A stretch of 64,000 nt of DNA from Patescibacteria group bacterium (GTDB lineage: Bacteria; Patescibacteriota; UBA1384; JBAYJO01). The DNA lies in NCBI GenBank assembly GCA_041665085.1, contig JBAYJO010000004.1, positions 20,004 through 84,003 of the forward strand. Direction: 5' to 3'. Under the pieces are notes generated by a model. It saw only the letters and a program-made list of their open reading frames with translations, did not search any database and was not told the DNA's origin. Below, piece by piece: positions 1-10,984 of the stretch. Every line of letters starts with the position of its first letter. Position 1 is the first letter of the stretch. A program made the translations under genes and the position numbers.

Positions 1-714
1 CCGGGAACAATTATTAATAAAATTAAAAATAAAACTATTGAAAAAGTAAGAGATTTAACAGTAGAAGGCGAAAAATTTGTTATTGCAAAAGGCGGTCGTG
101 GAGGTTGGGGAAATATTCATTTTGCAACTGCAACTCATCAAACACCTCTTGAGGCAAATGAAGGAACTCTTGGCGATGATTTTGATATTAAGTTTGAATT
201 AAAAATTATCGCTGATGTTGGGTTAGTCGGACTACCAAACGTAGGGAAGTCAACGCTTCTTTCTATAGTGTCAAATGCCAGACCAAAAATTGCTGATTAT
301 AAATTTACCACTCTAGAGCCAAATCTAGGAATAGTGAGTTATTATGATCGTAATTTAATATTTGCCGATATCCCGGGATTAATTGAAGGCGCATCAGCTG
401 GAAAAGGTCTTGGTTTAAAATTTTTGCGTCACATTGAACGAGCTCGTGTTTTACTTCATATAATAGATGCAAATTCCGATGATTGGAATCGAGATTATGA
501 AGAAGTCAGAAATGAATTTATAAAGTTTAGCACGCTTCTAACAGACAAAAAAGAAATCGTTGCAATTAGTAAAATTGATTCAGCAGATCCGAAAAAAATT
601 AAAAAACAAGCAATTCTTTTTGAGAAAAAATATAAAATAAAACCAACTCTTTTTTCTGCCGTTACCAAAACAAATGTCAAAGAACTACTTCACGAAGTGT
701 TCGCGATGTTCTAA
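1..714 (+). CDS. obgE: GTPase ObgE (5'-truncated by window edge)
   Basis: Frame 1 is open from base 1: AKGGRGGWGN, GLPNVGKS (G1), FTTLEPNLG, DIPGLIEGA, FLRHIER. Confidence 0.95.
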   Translation, partial: PGTIINKIKNKTIEKVRDLTVEGEKFVIAKGGRGGWGNIHFATATHQTPLEANEGTLGDDFDIKFELKIIADVGLVGLPNVGKSTLLSIVSNARPKIADYKFTTLEPNLGIVSYYDRNLIFADIPGLIEGASAGKGLGLKFLRHIERARVLLHIIDANSDDWNRDYEEVRNEFIKFSTLLTDKKEIVAISKIDSADPKKIKKQAILFEKKYKIKPTLFSAVTKTNVKELLHEVFAMF

Positions 715-725
715 TAGCTAAAACA

Positions 726-756
726 CAAACAGAATCATTTTTATTGATTCCGTTTG
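726..756. terminator. Hairpin between convergent obgE and 769..1530
   Basis: CAAACAGAATCA-7nt-TGATTCCGTTTG; near copy of the hairpin at 1712-1742. Confidence 0.7.
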
Positions 757-768
757 CTGTTGCAGTTG

Positions 769-1530
769 CTAGTTGATCGAGATCACGACATTTCCGGTAG
801 AAATAGAGCCACTTGAGGTATTGAATAAAATGGAATTATTTCCAGTGTCGATAGAAATGTTGACATTGGAATCGTATTGTAGGTCGTTCCAAATTCTGCT
901 GTAATCACCATGGTTGATGCCTACTCGGATTACATTTAATGAATATTCTCCTTGAACATCATTATCGATATAGAATGAATTAGATGGATAATCAGTATCA
1001 TAGAGAACCATTCTTCTTGCATAAACATAATCATTCGGGAAGTAATACCGGTAAGATGGATATCTTCCATAGAGATTGTGACTATTCCAATAGTTGGCAT
1101 TAGGCCTTATTCTGAAAATATTTCTGTTGAAATTTCTGTATCTTCTACCATCATTGTTGAAATGCATTTGACTATGACCTCTGTCGCGATTGTAATTGTT
1201 CCAATTATTCCAATTATTTTGATAATAATTTCTGTCCCTATTTTGGTTATTATTATAACCTCTATTATCTCTATAATTATCTCTTTGTTGATTTTGCCTT
1301 TGATCTGGTCTATTATCTCGATTATCTTGACCTTGTTGATTGCCTCCTTGTTTTGGCTGATTTTCCGTTCGATCTTGATTTTCTCGACCTTGATTTTGTT
1401 GTTGGGTAATATTTTTTTGATTTGCATAATTATCCTGGCTTGTTGTTTGCGTCTCTTTTGCCAGTGCCGAAAAATTTGGTAGAATTGTAATTATAGCAAT
1501 GCTGCTAGCAATAACAAATTTTTTGTTCAT
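769..1530 (-). CDS. Putative secreted protein with Q/N/R/D-rich low-complexity region and C-terminal domain shared with 1772..2362
   Basis: Signal-peptide-like MNKKFVIASSIAIITILPNFSALA; SD AAAGGAGGTG; clear paralogy to neighbour. Confidence 0.8.
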   Translation of the reverse strand: MNKKFVIASSIAIITILPNFSALAKETQTTSQDNYANQKNITQQQNQGRENQDRTENQPKQGGNQQGQDNRDNRPDQRQNQQRDNYRDNRGYNNNQNRDRNYYQNNWNNWNNYNRDRGHSQMHFNNDGRRYRNFNRNIFRIRPNANYWNSHNLYGRYPSYRYYFPNDYVYARRMVLYDTDYPSNSFYIDNDVQGEYSLNVIRVGINHGDYSRIWNDLQYDSNVNISIDTGNNSILFNTSSGSISTGNVVISIN

Positions 1531-1630
1531 TTTTTCTCACCTCCTTTCGAATAATTTATATCTTATTGTAGTACTGTATTCAGTCAAAAACATCAGGACT
1601 ATAATGTAAAATATTAATTGGTCGTGGCAT

Positions 1631-1673
1631 TTATTTATTCATTATGAGGATCAACGCAAAAAGATAAAGCCAA
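1631..1673 (-). promoter_or_regulatory. Conserved upstream element of paralog A
   Basis: 35/43 nt identical to 2466-2508, about 100 nt upstream of the ATG in both paralogs. Confidence 0.6.
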
Positions 1674-1711
1674 TAAAATATTAAGGGTAAATAAGTAATA
1701 TGTTACAACAA

Positions 1712-1742
1712 CAAACAGAATCAATATTTATGATTCTGTTTG
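1712..1742. terminator. Hairpin downstream of paralog B
   Basis: Perfect 12-bp stem CAAACAGAATCA/TGATTCTGTTTG. Confidence 0.7.
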
Positions 1743-1771
1743 CTTCGACCGATTTAAGTTTTAATTAGTTT

Positions 1772-2362
1772 TTATTGAGCTGAAATGTTTGCATTTTGGT
1801 ATGGCATTTCTCCACTAGATGTTTTTGCCATAATTGAGTTATCGCGGGTATCAACTGATATTTCAGGATTTTCACCATTTTGAACGCCACTGTAAAGTTT
1901 GTTGTAGTAGTCGCTATTAACTCCTACCTTAACTTCATTTAGAGCATAATCACCTTGGACATTATTATTGTCTAAGTAAAAACTATTAGTCGGAATTGCT
2001 ATATCGTAGAAAACGATTCTGCGTCCAAATACATAGTTATTTGGGAAATAGTTGTTATATGCAGGATAAGAATTGTATAATCCATTGTTATTCCAGTAAC
2101 TTGCACATGGATATATTCTCCAGATTGGTCTGTTATACCATTTGTTGTATCCGGCTCCCCATAATGATCCGCCGCCACAACATCGATTATATCCGCCCCA
2201 TCCTCCACCGTACCAATTATTTCCTCCGCATCGATTGCCGCCATGCCAGCTGCCTCTTCCGCCCCATCCTCCGCGGTAATAGGCACTGGCAGAGCCTGTT
2301 GATAAAAATGGTACAATTGACATAATAAGAACTGCTCCAATTGCGATGGCTTTTTTGTTCAT
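1772..2362 (-). CDS. Putative secreted protein with G/W/C-rich low-complexity region, paralog of 769..1530
   Basis: Start moved to MNKKAIAIG (2362) after SD AAAGGGGGTG; signal peptide ending ASA; shared RIxP..YWN..YFPN..NSFY.DN..VQG.Y.LN domain. Confidence 0.8.
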   Translation of the reverse strand: MNKKAIAIGAVLIMSIVPFLSTGSASAYYRGGWGGRGSWHGGNRCGGNNWYGGGWGGYNRCCGGGSLWGAGYNKWYNRPIWRIYPCASYWNNNGLYNSYPAYNNYFPNNYVFGRRIVFYDIAIPTNSFYLDNNNVQGDYALNEVKVGVNSDYYNKLYSGVQNGENPEISVDTRDNSIMAKTSSGEMPYQNANISAQ

Positions 2363-2465
2363 TTGTTTATCACCCCCTTTCTTTTGTAGTTTCAAAGCTA
2401 TCTTAATACAAAATATTGACCTATTCATTGGAGAGCGTATTAAAAAATAGTTGATTTTATTTTGA

Positions 2466-2508
2466 TTATTTATTTATAATGAGGATGACCGTAAATAGTT
2501 GAAGCCAA
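2466..2508 (-). promoter_or_regulatory. Conserved upstream element of paralog B
   Basis: 35/43 nt identical to 1631-1673. Confidence 0.6.
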
Positions 2509-2550
2509 CATATTGCAATGGATAATCACACAGCCAGTCAGCATTTGATG

Positions 2551-2579
2551 TTGACAGTTTTTGATATATTTGATAAACT
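2551..2579 (+). promoter_or_regulatory. Sigma70-type promoter for rpoBC
   Basis: TTGACA-17nt-TAAACT with TG extension. Confidence 0.7.
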
Positions 2580-2655
2580 AAATACAGAAGCAAATTTTGT
2601 GGATAACTCGAGGAATAATTGAAAATATTAAACTCCACAATTTAATTTTAGGTTC

Positions 2656-2678
2656 ACTCTCTGAAGCGAGAGTTTTTT
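2656..2678 (+). terminator. Terminator-like hairpin in the rpoB leader
   Basis: ACTCTC-TGAAGC-GAGAGT followed by a T tract. Confidence 0.5.
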
Positions 2679-2758
2679 GCGTTCCGAAACTATTACATAA
2701 ATAAGTTTAAAAATATTATAAAACTACTCGTAGGAGTTTAACTAAGGATAAGAGGTGT

Positions 2759-5700
2759 ATGAGCGATAGACAATTTTATACCCGCCCATTTTATCAGGTG
2801 CAGCTACCAAATCTGATAAAAATTCAAACCGATTCATATAATTGGTTTTTCACTGAAGGATTAAGAGAGCTTCTAGATGAAATTTCTCCAGTAGATGATT
2901 TTACCGGCGAAATGTATAATCTGGAATTTGGTAAATATACTCTTGATTTGCCAAAGCAAGATGAAATCACTTGCCGAAATAAAAATCTAACCTACAAATC
3001 ATCCCTAAGATGTCAAGTTACATTGACAAATAAGCAGACAAAAACTAAAAAAACTGCTGAAGTTTATCTAGGTGAATTCCCTGTAATGACTCCAAACGGA
3101 ACTTTTATTATTAACGGTATTGAAAGAGTAATCGTCAATCAAATCGTCAGATCATACGGAGTTTTATTTATTGCAGATGAAGTTGCGGGTAAAAAATATT
3201 TTGGTGCTAAAATAATTCCAAATCGTGGAGCTTGGCTTGAAATTGAAACTTCAAATAAAGATGTTATTTCAGTAAAAGTTGACAGAAAAAGAAAAATTCC
3301 AATTACAACATTTATGCGAGCCCTTGGTTTGAGTGATGAAAAAATTAAACAAGCATTTACAGATGTTGATGTTGATGGTGATCATAATTTTATTGAATCT
3401 ACCTTAAAAAGAGATCCAGCCAAAACCTATGAAGAAAGTTTGATAGAAGTTTATAAAAGAATTAGACCTGGCGATCTTGCAACTCCAGAAACTGCAAAAA
3501 CTTTCTTAGACGCTCTATTCTTTAATTTTAAAAGATATGATCTTGGTAGGGTTGGCAGATACAAGCTAAATAAAAGATTAGGAACTAATGTTGACCAAAG
3601 TCTTAAAAATCGTGTTTTAAGAATCGAAGATTTAATTGCTGTTGTAAAGGAAATTATCAGATTAAATAATGATCCAAATGCGGAGCAAGATGATATCGAT
3701 CACTTAAAAAACAGGCGCGTTAGGTCAGTCGGCGAATTGGTTCAAAATAAAATTAGAGTCGGTTTATTAAGAATGGAAAGAATTATCAAAGACAGAATGA
3801 GTGTAATGGAGCCTGAAACAGCAACTCCGGGACAACTGATTAACTCTCGTCCAATTGTTGCAGCTCTTCAAGAATTTTTTGCCTCATCTCAACTTTCCCA
3901 ATTTATGAACCAAACAAATCCGCTTTCAGAACTTGAACACAAAAGAACCTTGACAGCAACTGGTCAAGGAGGTTTGACCAAAGAAAGAGCAAGTTTTGAA
4001 GTTCGTGATGTTCACAGCTCTCATTATGGTAGAATTTGTCCAATTGAAACTCCTGAAGGTCCAAATATTGGATTGGTAAACTATATGGCAACCTATTCCA
4101 GAATCAATGAATATGGTTTTATGGAAACCCCATATCTTAAAGTCGATCAAAAAGACGGAAAAACACAAGTTACAAAAAAAATAGTTTACTTAAATGCTGA
4201 CGATGAAGAGTATGCAATTATTGCACCTTCTTCAGCTCCGCTTGATAAAGATGGTTTTATTACTGTCAAAAAAACTATTGTTAGAAAAAAAGGTGAACCA
4301 ACACTAGAATCAGTAAACAAAATCGAATATATTGATATCTCGCCAAATCAAATTGTTTCTATTACAACTGGTTTAATTCCATTTGCAGAACATGATGATC
4401 CAGTTAGAGCATCAATGGGTTCGAACATGCAAAGACAAGCAGTTCCACTTGTAAAACCTTCGTCTCCAATTGTTGGAACCGGTCTTGAAAAAGAAGCAGC
4501 CCGAGACTCCGGACAGCTTATTATTGCTCAAGAGCCGGGAATTGTTGAAGCTGTATCAGCTTCACAAATCACAGTTAAAAATAGTAAAGGATCCAATCGA
4601 AGTTATAACTTACAAAAATTTATTAGATCCAATCAAGGAACAAGCATCAATCAAAGACCGATTGCAAAAGTAGGTCAAAAAGTTGCTTTGGGTGATGTAT
4701 TGGCAGATAGCTCTTCAACTGAAGATGGTGAAATTGCACTTGGACAAAATTTGCTTTGCGCATTTCTATCATTTGAAGGTTCAAACTATGAAGATGCAAT
4801 CATTATTTCAGAAAGACTTGTTCGTGATGATGTTTTTACTTCAATACACATTGAAAAATATACAATTGAAGTTAGAGATACAAAACTTGGGCCTGAAGTA
4901 ATAACAAGAGATATTCCAAATGTTGGTGATGATGCTTTAATGAATCTTGATGAAGAAGGTATTATTAGAATTGGAGCTGAAATAAATTCAGGTGATATTC
5001 TAGTTGGTAAAATTACGCCAAAAGGTGAATCGGAATTAACTGCCGAAGAAAAACTTCTTCGAGCAATTTTCGGAGAAAAAGCAAAAGAAGTTAAAGATTC
5101 ATCACTTACACTTCCACACGGTGAAAAAGGAAAAGTTGTTGATGTTGTAATTTTTTCAAAAGATGCTGGAGATGAGCTTCCAGCCGGAGTTTATCAAAGA
5201 GTAGAAGTTTCTATCGCGCAAATGAGAAAAATTTCAGTCGGAGATAAATTAGCCGGACGACATGGAAATAAAGGTGTGATTGCGCGAGTTATGCCAATGG
5301 AAGATATGCCTTATCTTGAAGACGGTACGCCAGTTGATATTGTCTTGAATCCGCTTGGAGTTATTTCAAGAATGAACCTTGGACAGATTCTTGAAACTCA
5401 TATTGGTTGGGCAGCACAGAAAAAAGGCGTAAAAGTTGCTTCTCCTGTATTCAACGGTATAAATCTTGAAACAATTAGAAAAGAACTGAAAGAAGTTGGT
5501 TTACCGGAAGATGGTAAGACTCTTCTTTATGATGGTCGTACCGGTAAGCCGTTTGATCAAAGAATTACAGTTGGAATAAATTATATTTTAAAGCTGATTC
5601 ACCTTGTAGACGATAAGATGCATGCAAGATCAACCGGTCCATACTCAATGGTTACACAGCAGCCACTTGGCGGTAAAGCTCAATTCGGTGGACAGAGATT

Positions 5701-6088
5701 TGGAGAGATGGAAGTTTGGGCGCTTGAAGCTTATGGTGCAGCTCATACTCTTCAAGAAATGTTAACGATTAAATCTGATGATGTTATTGGTCGAAGTAAG
5801 ACATATGAAGCAATTATCAGAGGCGAGCAAATTCAAAAACCATCAATTCCAGCTTCGTTCTTTGTTCTGATGAGAGAGCTTCAATCACTCGGCTTAAATG
5901 TTCAATTAGTAAAAAATAATAAGGTTCTAGAACCAGAAAAGCCAATTAAGGCTAAACCTGTTGCTGGCGAGGAATTGGATGAAAATCCGGTAGAATCAGA
6001 AATTGAGGAAGAAAAACTTGATTCTGATGTTACTGAATTAGCTGAAGAAGCTGTTCCAATTGTAAGTGAACCAATTGATGAGGAATAA
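2759..6088 (+). CDS. rpoB: RNA polymerase beta subunit
   Basis: [62 protein letters not shown]. Confidence 0.99.
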   Translation: MSDRQFYTRPFYQVQLPNLIKIQTDSYNWFFTEGLRELLDEISPVDDFTGEMYNLEFGKYTLDLPKQDEITCRNKNLTYKSSLRCQVTLTNKQTKTKKTAEVYLGEFPVMTPNGTFIINGIERVIVNQIVRSYGVLFIADEVAGKKYFGAKIIPNRGAWLEIETSNKDVISVKVDRKRKIPITTFMRALGLSDEKIKQAFTDVDVDGDHNFIESTLKRDPAKTYEESLIEVYKRIRPGDLATPETAKTFLDALFFNFKRYDLGRVGRYKLNKRLGTNVDQSLKNRVLRIEDLIAVVKEIIRLNNDPNAEQDDIDHLKNRRVRSVGELVQNKIRVGLLRMERIIKDRMSVMEPETATPGQLINSRPIVAALQEFFASSQLSQFMNQTNPLSELEHKRTLTATGQGGLTKERASFEVRDVHSSHYGRICPIETPEGPNIGLVNYMATYSRINEYGFMETPYLKVDQKDGKTQVTKKIVYLNADDEEYAIIAPSSAPLDKDGFITVKKTIVRKKGEPTLESVNKIEYIDISPNQIVSITTGLIPFAEHDDPVRASMGSNMQRQAVPLVKPSSPIVGTGLEKEAARDSGQLIIAQEPGIVEAVSASQITVKNSKGSNRSYNLQKFIRSNQGTSINQRPIAKVGQKVALGDVLADSSSTEDGEIALGQNLLCAFLSFEGSNYEDAIIISERLVRDDVFTSIHIEKYTIEVRDTKLGPEVITRDIPNVGDDALMNLDEEGIIRIGAEINSGDILVGKITPKGESELTAEEKLLRAIFGEKAKEVKDSSLTLPHGEKGKVVDVVIFSKDAGDELPAGVYQRVEVSIAQMRKISVGDKLAGRHGNKGVIARVMPMEDMPYLEDGTPVDIVLNPLGVISRMNLGQILETHIGWAAQKKGVKVASPVFNGINLETIRKELKEVGLPEDGKTLLYDGRTGKPFDQRITVGINYILKLIHLVDDKMHARSTGPYSMVTQQPLGGKAQFGGQRFGEMEVWALEAYGAAHTLQEMLTIKSDDVIGRSKTYEAIIRGEQIQKPSIPASFFVLMRELQSLGLNVQLVKNNKVLEPEKPIKAKPVAGEELDENPVESEIEEEKLDSDVTELAEEAVPIVSEPIDEE

Positions 6089-6097
6089 GGAGAAAAA

Positions 6098-9000
6098 ATG
6101 TCAATATTAAATATACAAAATCAAAAAAATTCCTCACCAAAATCTGAAACTAAGATGTTGGATTTTGATGGACTTGCAATTAGTATTGCCAGCCCGGAAC
6201 AAATTGAGGATTGGTCATTTGGAGAGGTCTTACGGCCAGAAACAATAAACTATCGTACGCAAAAGCCTGAAAGAGATGGGCTTTTCTGTGAAAGAATTTT
6301 TGGACCAACCAAAGATTATGAATGTTATTGTGGAAAATACAAAAAAATCAGATATAAAGGCATTATCTGTGATAAGTGTGGGGTTGAAGTAACTAAATCA
6401 ATTGTCAGAAGAGACAGAATGGGACATATTGCGCTTTCTGTTCCTGTAACTCATATTTGGTATGTTCATGGAATTCCATCACTTTTAAGTATGGTATTGG
6501 ATATATCTTCTCATGACTTAATTAAAGTAATTTATTTTGCCTCATTTATCATTCTTGGAGTTGACGAAAAGGTTCGCGCCGATATATTAGATCAGCTTGA
6601 AAAAGAATTTGAAGAAAGAAAAGCTGATAAAAAGAAAATGAGTGAACCGGAATTTGCAAAAATCGAATTACTTTATAAACAAACAAAAAGCGAAATAATG
6701 TCTTTTGCTCCAAAAATGACTTTAAGTGAAGCTAAATACTTTGATATTTCATTGAAATATGGAGCATTAATCAAAGTTAGTATTGGTGCCGAAGCAATTT
6801 ACAATTTACTTAAAGGTCTTGATGTTGAAAAAGAATGCGAATCGCTTCTTCAAGAAATTGATCTTGCCATTAGTACTCAAAAAAGAAAATTATCAAAAAG
6901 ATACAAAACCTTAAAAAATTTCCAAAATGCTGGAATCAAACCGGAATGGCTGGTAACAACTAAACTTCCGATTATTCCGCCAGATCTAAGACCTATGGTT
7001 CAGTTAGATGGAGGAAGATATGCATCGTCTGATTTAAACGATTTATACAGAAGAGTTATTAACCGAAATAATCGTTTAAAGAGATTGTTAAACCAAGGAT
7101 CTCCTGAAGTAATTGTTAGAAATGAAAAAAGAATGCTTCAAGAAGCAGTTGATGCCTTAATTGACAATGCTGCAAGAAGAGGCCGAACTGCCGCAACCGG
7201 AACAACACAAAGAAAACTTCGCTCTCTTTCGGATATGCTTCGCGGTAAACAAGGTCGCTTTAGACAAAATCTTCTTGGTAAAAGAGTAGATTATTCCGGA
7301 CGATCAGTCATTGTCGTTGGTCCTCATTTGAAATTAAATCAATGTGGTATTCCAAAAGTAATGGCTTTAGAGCTATTTAAACCTTTTGTAATTTCCAAAT
7401 TAATTTCAGAAGGTTATGTTCATAATGTTAAGAACGCAACAAAATTGATTGAAAAACGAGAAGCAATTGTTTGGGATGTTCTTGAGAGAATTACTATTAA
7501 TGCTTATGTTCTCTTAAACCGCGCCCCAACACTTCACAGATTAGGTATTCAAGCTTTTAAGCCTGTTTTAATCGAAGGTAAGGCAATCCAGATTCACCCG
7601 CTTGTTTGCGCCGCTTTTAATGCAGACTTTGATGGAGACCAGATGGCTGTTCATGTCCCTCTTTCAAAGCAGGCTTATGAAGAAGCAGCAAATATTATGT
7701 GCGCAGATAAAAATTTACTAAAGCCTTCTTCAGGTGAACCAATTGTTACACCGGATAAAGATATTATTCTCGGTTGTTATTATTTAACAGTAACTGTGCC
7801 AGGCGCAAAAGGTGAAGGTAAAATATTTTCAACTATTGACGAAGCCATGTCAGCATACCAGCAAGACCTTGTTGCTCTTGGGGCAATTATTAAGGTTATG
7901 ATTAATGAGGAAGTTATCGAAACAACCATTGGACGAATTATCTTTAATGAAAAAGTTCCATCAGAAATGGGTTTTGTAAATACAGATATGGATAAATCAA
8001 AACTTAAACATTTGATCAGGGGAATCTATGATAAAATCGGAACCGAAGCAACTGCAATATTTGTTGATGATGTAAAAGAGCTTGGTTTCGAATATGCCTC
8101 AATTTCCGGTATTACCTTTGCAATTGATGATCTTATTATTCCAAGTCAAAAAAATGCCCTTATTGCTGAAGGAGATGAGCAATTTGAACTTCTTGATAAG
8201 CAATATCATCGCGGTTTAATCAATGATACGGAAAAAAGTACGCAATTTACCAGTTTGTGGCAAGATATTAAATCAAAAATTGAAAAATTAATTAAAGAAG
8301 AGCTGGTTAAGCCGGAAAATGTTATGAACTCTGTTAAAATGATGATTATTTCCGGTGCCCGAGGATCTTACTCCCAGCTTACGCAGGTCTGTGGTATTAA
8401 AGGTTTGGTTTTATCTCCAACCGGAGAGGTTATCGAGCTTCCTATTAAAGGTAACTATAAAGAAGGTTTAACCGGCCTTGAATACTTTGTTTCATCGCAC
8501 GGTGCTCGTAAAGGACGATCTGATACATCGTTAAGAACTCAAGACTCTGGTTATTTGACCAGAAGAATGGTAGATGTATCGCAAGATCTTGTAGTAAATG
8601 AAGTTGATTGTAAATCAAAATCAGGAATTACTGTTTCTCGTTTAGATAGTGATGATCTTGATATTAACTTTGCTTCTCGTCTTGCCGGTAGAGTTTCAGC
8701 AGTTGAAATACTTGATCCAAAATCTAAATCAGCAATTGTTAAAGCTGGTGAAGAAATAACAGACGAACAAGCAAAAATAATTGAAGAGTCCGGTATCACA
8801 GAAATTATTGCCAGATCGCCAATCCACTGTAAATCAGAAAAAGGTGTTTGCCAAAAATGTTATGGACGCGATTTAGCTACTGGTAAAACAATTAAACTTG
8901 GTGAGGCCGCTGGTATTATGGCAGCTCAAGCAATTGGAGAACCTGGTACACAGCTAACTCTTCGAACCTTCCACACTGGAGGTGTGGCTGCAACGGATAT

Positions 9001-9877
9001 TACATCAGGTTTGCCACGAGTTGAAGAATTGTTTGAAGCTCGAACTCCAAAAAGACCGGCAGTTATCGCTGAAATTGGCGGTGTTTGCCGAATAAATGAA
9101 GAAAAAGATAGCAATATTATTACAATTCAGTCAACGCAAATAATGTGTGAAGAATATAAAGTTACAAAAGATTACAATATTACTGTTAAAAATGGTGATG
9201 TTGTTAAGCCGAAACAAGCAGTTGCAATTTCACATGGTAAAAAAGCTATTAGAACTGGAATTCATGGCAAAATTAAACTTATAAACGACAAAATCATTAT
9301 CGAAAGCAATGAACCTGTTATCAAGCAATACAATATTCCAACCAATGTTGAGATCATTGTTAAGAATGGCCAGGATCTTAAAGCCGGTGATATTTTAACA
9401 GAAGGTCATCTGGAGCTTAGCGAATCAATCAAGTATCGAGGAGTTGAAGAAACTCAAAGATATATAATCAAAAATATTCAGGAAATTTATTCATCGCAAG
9501 GTCAGGCAATTAACGACAAACACGTTGAAATGATTCTAAAGCGAATGTTTGCTAAAGTTAAAGTTACCGAGCCGGGAGATTCTGATTTATTGCCAGGCCA
9601 AATTATGGATAAAAAACATGCTTCAACAATGGAAAAAGAGTTAAAGGGAAAAAGCAAAAAACATATGCCTCAATATGAAGAAATCGTTATGGGTATTTCT
9701 CGTGTTGCTCGAAGTTCTGATTCATTCCTATCTGCTGCATCATTTATTGAAACAACAAGAGTCTTAATTGATGCTGCTGCTCGAGGTGCAATTGATAATC
9801 TTCAAGGCTTAAAAGAAAATGTTATTATCGGTAAGTTGATTCCAGCTGGAACAGGATTTAAAAAAGGAATAGAATAA
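6098..9877 (+). CDS. rpoC: RNA polymerase beta' subunit
   Basis: GLFCERIFGP, zinc-finger cysteines, NADFDGDQMAVH catalytic motif, GLKENVIIGKLIPAGTG. Confidence 0.99.
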   Translation: MSILNIQNQKNSSPKSETKMLDFDGLAISIASPEQIEDWSFGEVLRPETINYRTQKPERDGLFCERIFGPTKDYECYCGKYKKIRYKGIICDKCGVEVTKSIVRRDRMGHIALSVPVTHIWYVHGIPSLLSMVLDISSHDLIKVIYFASFIILGVDEKVRADILDQLEKEFEERKADKKKMSEPEFAKIELLYKQTKSEIMSFAPKMTLSEAKYFDISLKYGALIKVSIGAEAIYNLLKGLDVEKECESLLQEIDLAISTQKRKLSKRYKTLKNFQNAGIKPEWLVTTKLPIIPPDLRPMVQLDGGRYASSDLNDLYRRVINRNNRLKRLLNQGSPEVIVRNEKRMLQEAVDALIDNAARRGRTAATGTTQRKLRSLSDMLRGKQGRFRQNLLGKRVDYSGRSVIVVGPHLKLNQCGIPKVMALELFKPFVISKLISEGYVHNVKNATKLIEKREAIVWDVLERITINAYVLLNRAPTLHRLGIQAFKPVLIEGKAIQIHPLVCAAFNADFDGDQMAVHVPLSKQAYEEAANIMCADKNLLKPSSGEPIVTPDKDIILGCYYLTVTVPGAKGEGKIFSTIDEAMSAYQQDLVALGAIIKVMINEEVIETTIGRIIFNEKVPSEMGFVNTDMDKSKLKHLIRGIYDKIGTEATAIFVDDVKELGFEYASISGITFAIDDLIIPSQKNALIAEGDEQFELLDKQYHRGLINDTEKSTQFTSLWQDIKSKIEKLIKEELVKPENVMNSVKMMIISGARGSYSQLTQVCGIKGLVLSPTGEVIELPIKGNYKEGLTGLEYFVSSHGARKGRSDTSLRTQDSGYLTRRMVDVSQDLVVNEVDCKSKSGITVSRLDSDDLDINFASRLAGRVSAVEILDPKSKSAIVKAGEEITDEQAKIIEESGITEIIARSPIHCKSEKGVCQKCYGRDLATGKTIKLGEAAGIMAAQAIGEPGTQLTLRTFHTGGVAATDITSGLPRVEELFEARTPKRPAVIAEIGGVCRINEEKDSNIITIQSTQIMCEEYKVTKDYNITVKNGDVVKPKQAVAISHGKKAIRTGIHGKIKLINDKIIIESNEPVIKQYNIPTNVEIIVKNGQDLKAGDILTEGHLELSESIKYRGVEETQRYIIKNIQEIYSSQGQAINDKHVEMILKRMFAKVKVTEPGDSDLLPGQIMDKKHASTMEKELKGKSKKHMPQYEEIVMGISRVARSSDSFLSAASFIETTRVLIDAAARGAIDNLQGLKENVIIGKLIPAGTGFKKGIE

Positions 9878-9997
9878 TTGACGACCCTTAAGATGTGTGT
9901 TAATATAATGAAGCAAAGCTCGATAATTGAATATAAAAATCATTCTCATCAGTTTTGATTTTTGATTTTTAAATTTTAAGGTTGACCGAAAGGGAAT

Positions 9998-10417
9998 ATG
10001 CCAACAATCAATCAATTAGTAAAAAATGGTAGAAAGAAAATAATTAAAAAAGACAAAACACCCGCGCTTGGTCAAACTTTTAATTTTCTTAAAAATAGAC
10101 CGGTCAAATTTGATAAGGGTTCTCCTTTCAAAAGAGGTGTTTGCACTAAGGTTACAACAGTAACACCTAAAAAACCTAACTCTGCTCTTAGAAAAATCGC
10201 AAGAGTAAAATTGACCAATGGATATGAAGTAACAGCTTATATTCCAGGAATTGGTCATAATCTTCAAGAACACTCTGTTGTGATGATTAGAGGCGGTAGA
10301 GTTAAAGACTTGCCGGGAGTCCGGTATCATATCGTTCGAGGTGTTCTTGATACTGAAGGTGTAAAAGATCGTAAACAGGGCAGAAGCCGTTATGGAGCTA
10401 AGAAAGGTAAAGAGTAG
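9998..10417 (+). CDS. rpsL: 30S ribosomal protein S12
   Basis: [30 protein letters not shown]. Confidence 0.99.
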   Translation: MPTINQLVKNGRKKIIKKDKTPALGQTFNFLKNRPVKFDKGSPFKRGVCTKVTTVTPKKPNSALRKIARVKLTNGYEVTAYIPGIGHNLQEHSVVMIRGGRVKDLPGVRYHIVRGVLDTEGVKDRKQGRSRYGAKKGKE

Positions 10418-10419
10418 AT

Positions 10420-10893
10420 ATGAGAGGCAAGACACATATTAAAAAAAGAGTGATTGATCTTGACGCAAAATATCAAAGCGAAGTTATTTCAAGATTTATC
10501 AATAAAATCATGCAAAATGGTAAAAAAGCAACAGCTACAAAGCTGGTTTATGATGCATTAGATATAGCTGAAAAAAAAGCTAACAGAAAAGCAATAGACG
10601 TATTTGAAACAGCTATTCAAAATGCCTCACCAATACTTGAAGTAAGATCTAGAAGAATTGGTGGCGCTAATTATCAAGTTCCAAGGGAAGTTACCCCAAA
10701 CAGGAAATTATATCTTGCTATGCGTTGGATAATCGATTCAGCCAGATCAAAAAAAGGATCCGGTTATGCAACAAGGTTAGCAGATGAGATATTTGATGCT
10801 TATGAAAATAAAGGGGCATCAATTAAAAGAAGAGAAGAATTGCATAAAATGGCAGAAGCCAACCGAGCCTTTGCTCATTTTGGCCGATTCTAA
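10420..10893 (+). CDS. rpsG: 30S ribosomal protein S7
   Basis: SRRIGGANYQVP, HKMAEANRAFAH; str operon position. Confidence 0.98.
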   Translation: MRGKTHIKKRVIDLDAKYQSEVISRFINKIMQNGKKATATKLVYDALDIAEKKANRKAIDVFETAIQNASPILEVRSRRIGGANYQVPREVTPNRKLYLAMRWIIDSARSKKGSGYATRLADEIFDAYENKGASIKRREELHKMAEANRAFAHFGRF

Positions 10894-10894
10894 A

Positions 10895-10975
10895 GAGTTA
10901 GAAAGTTTATAAAGTATAATTTTAGACTTTAAAGACTTTTAACTTTTAACTTTCAACTTTATAAACTTAATTTAA
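10895..10975. repeat. AT-rich short-unit repeat element (ACTTTATAAAC-type), imperfect inverted arrangement
   Basis: AAGTTTATAAAGT...ACTTTATAAACTT; related copies at about 28200-28250 and 33473-33503. Confidence 0.5.
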
Positions 10976-10984
10976 GGACTAATT

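Noticed and set aside
1078-2340. Ile-rich and other alternative-frame ORFs over the two secreted paralogs
   Set aside because: By-products of low-complexity repeats; only the called frames are conserved between the paralogs
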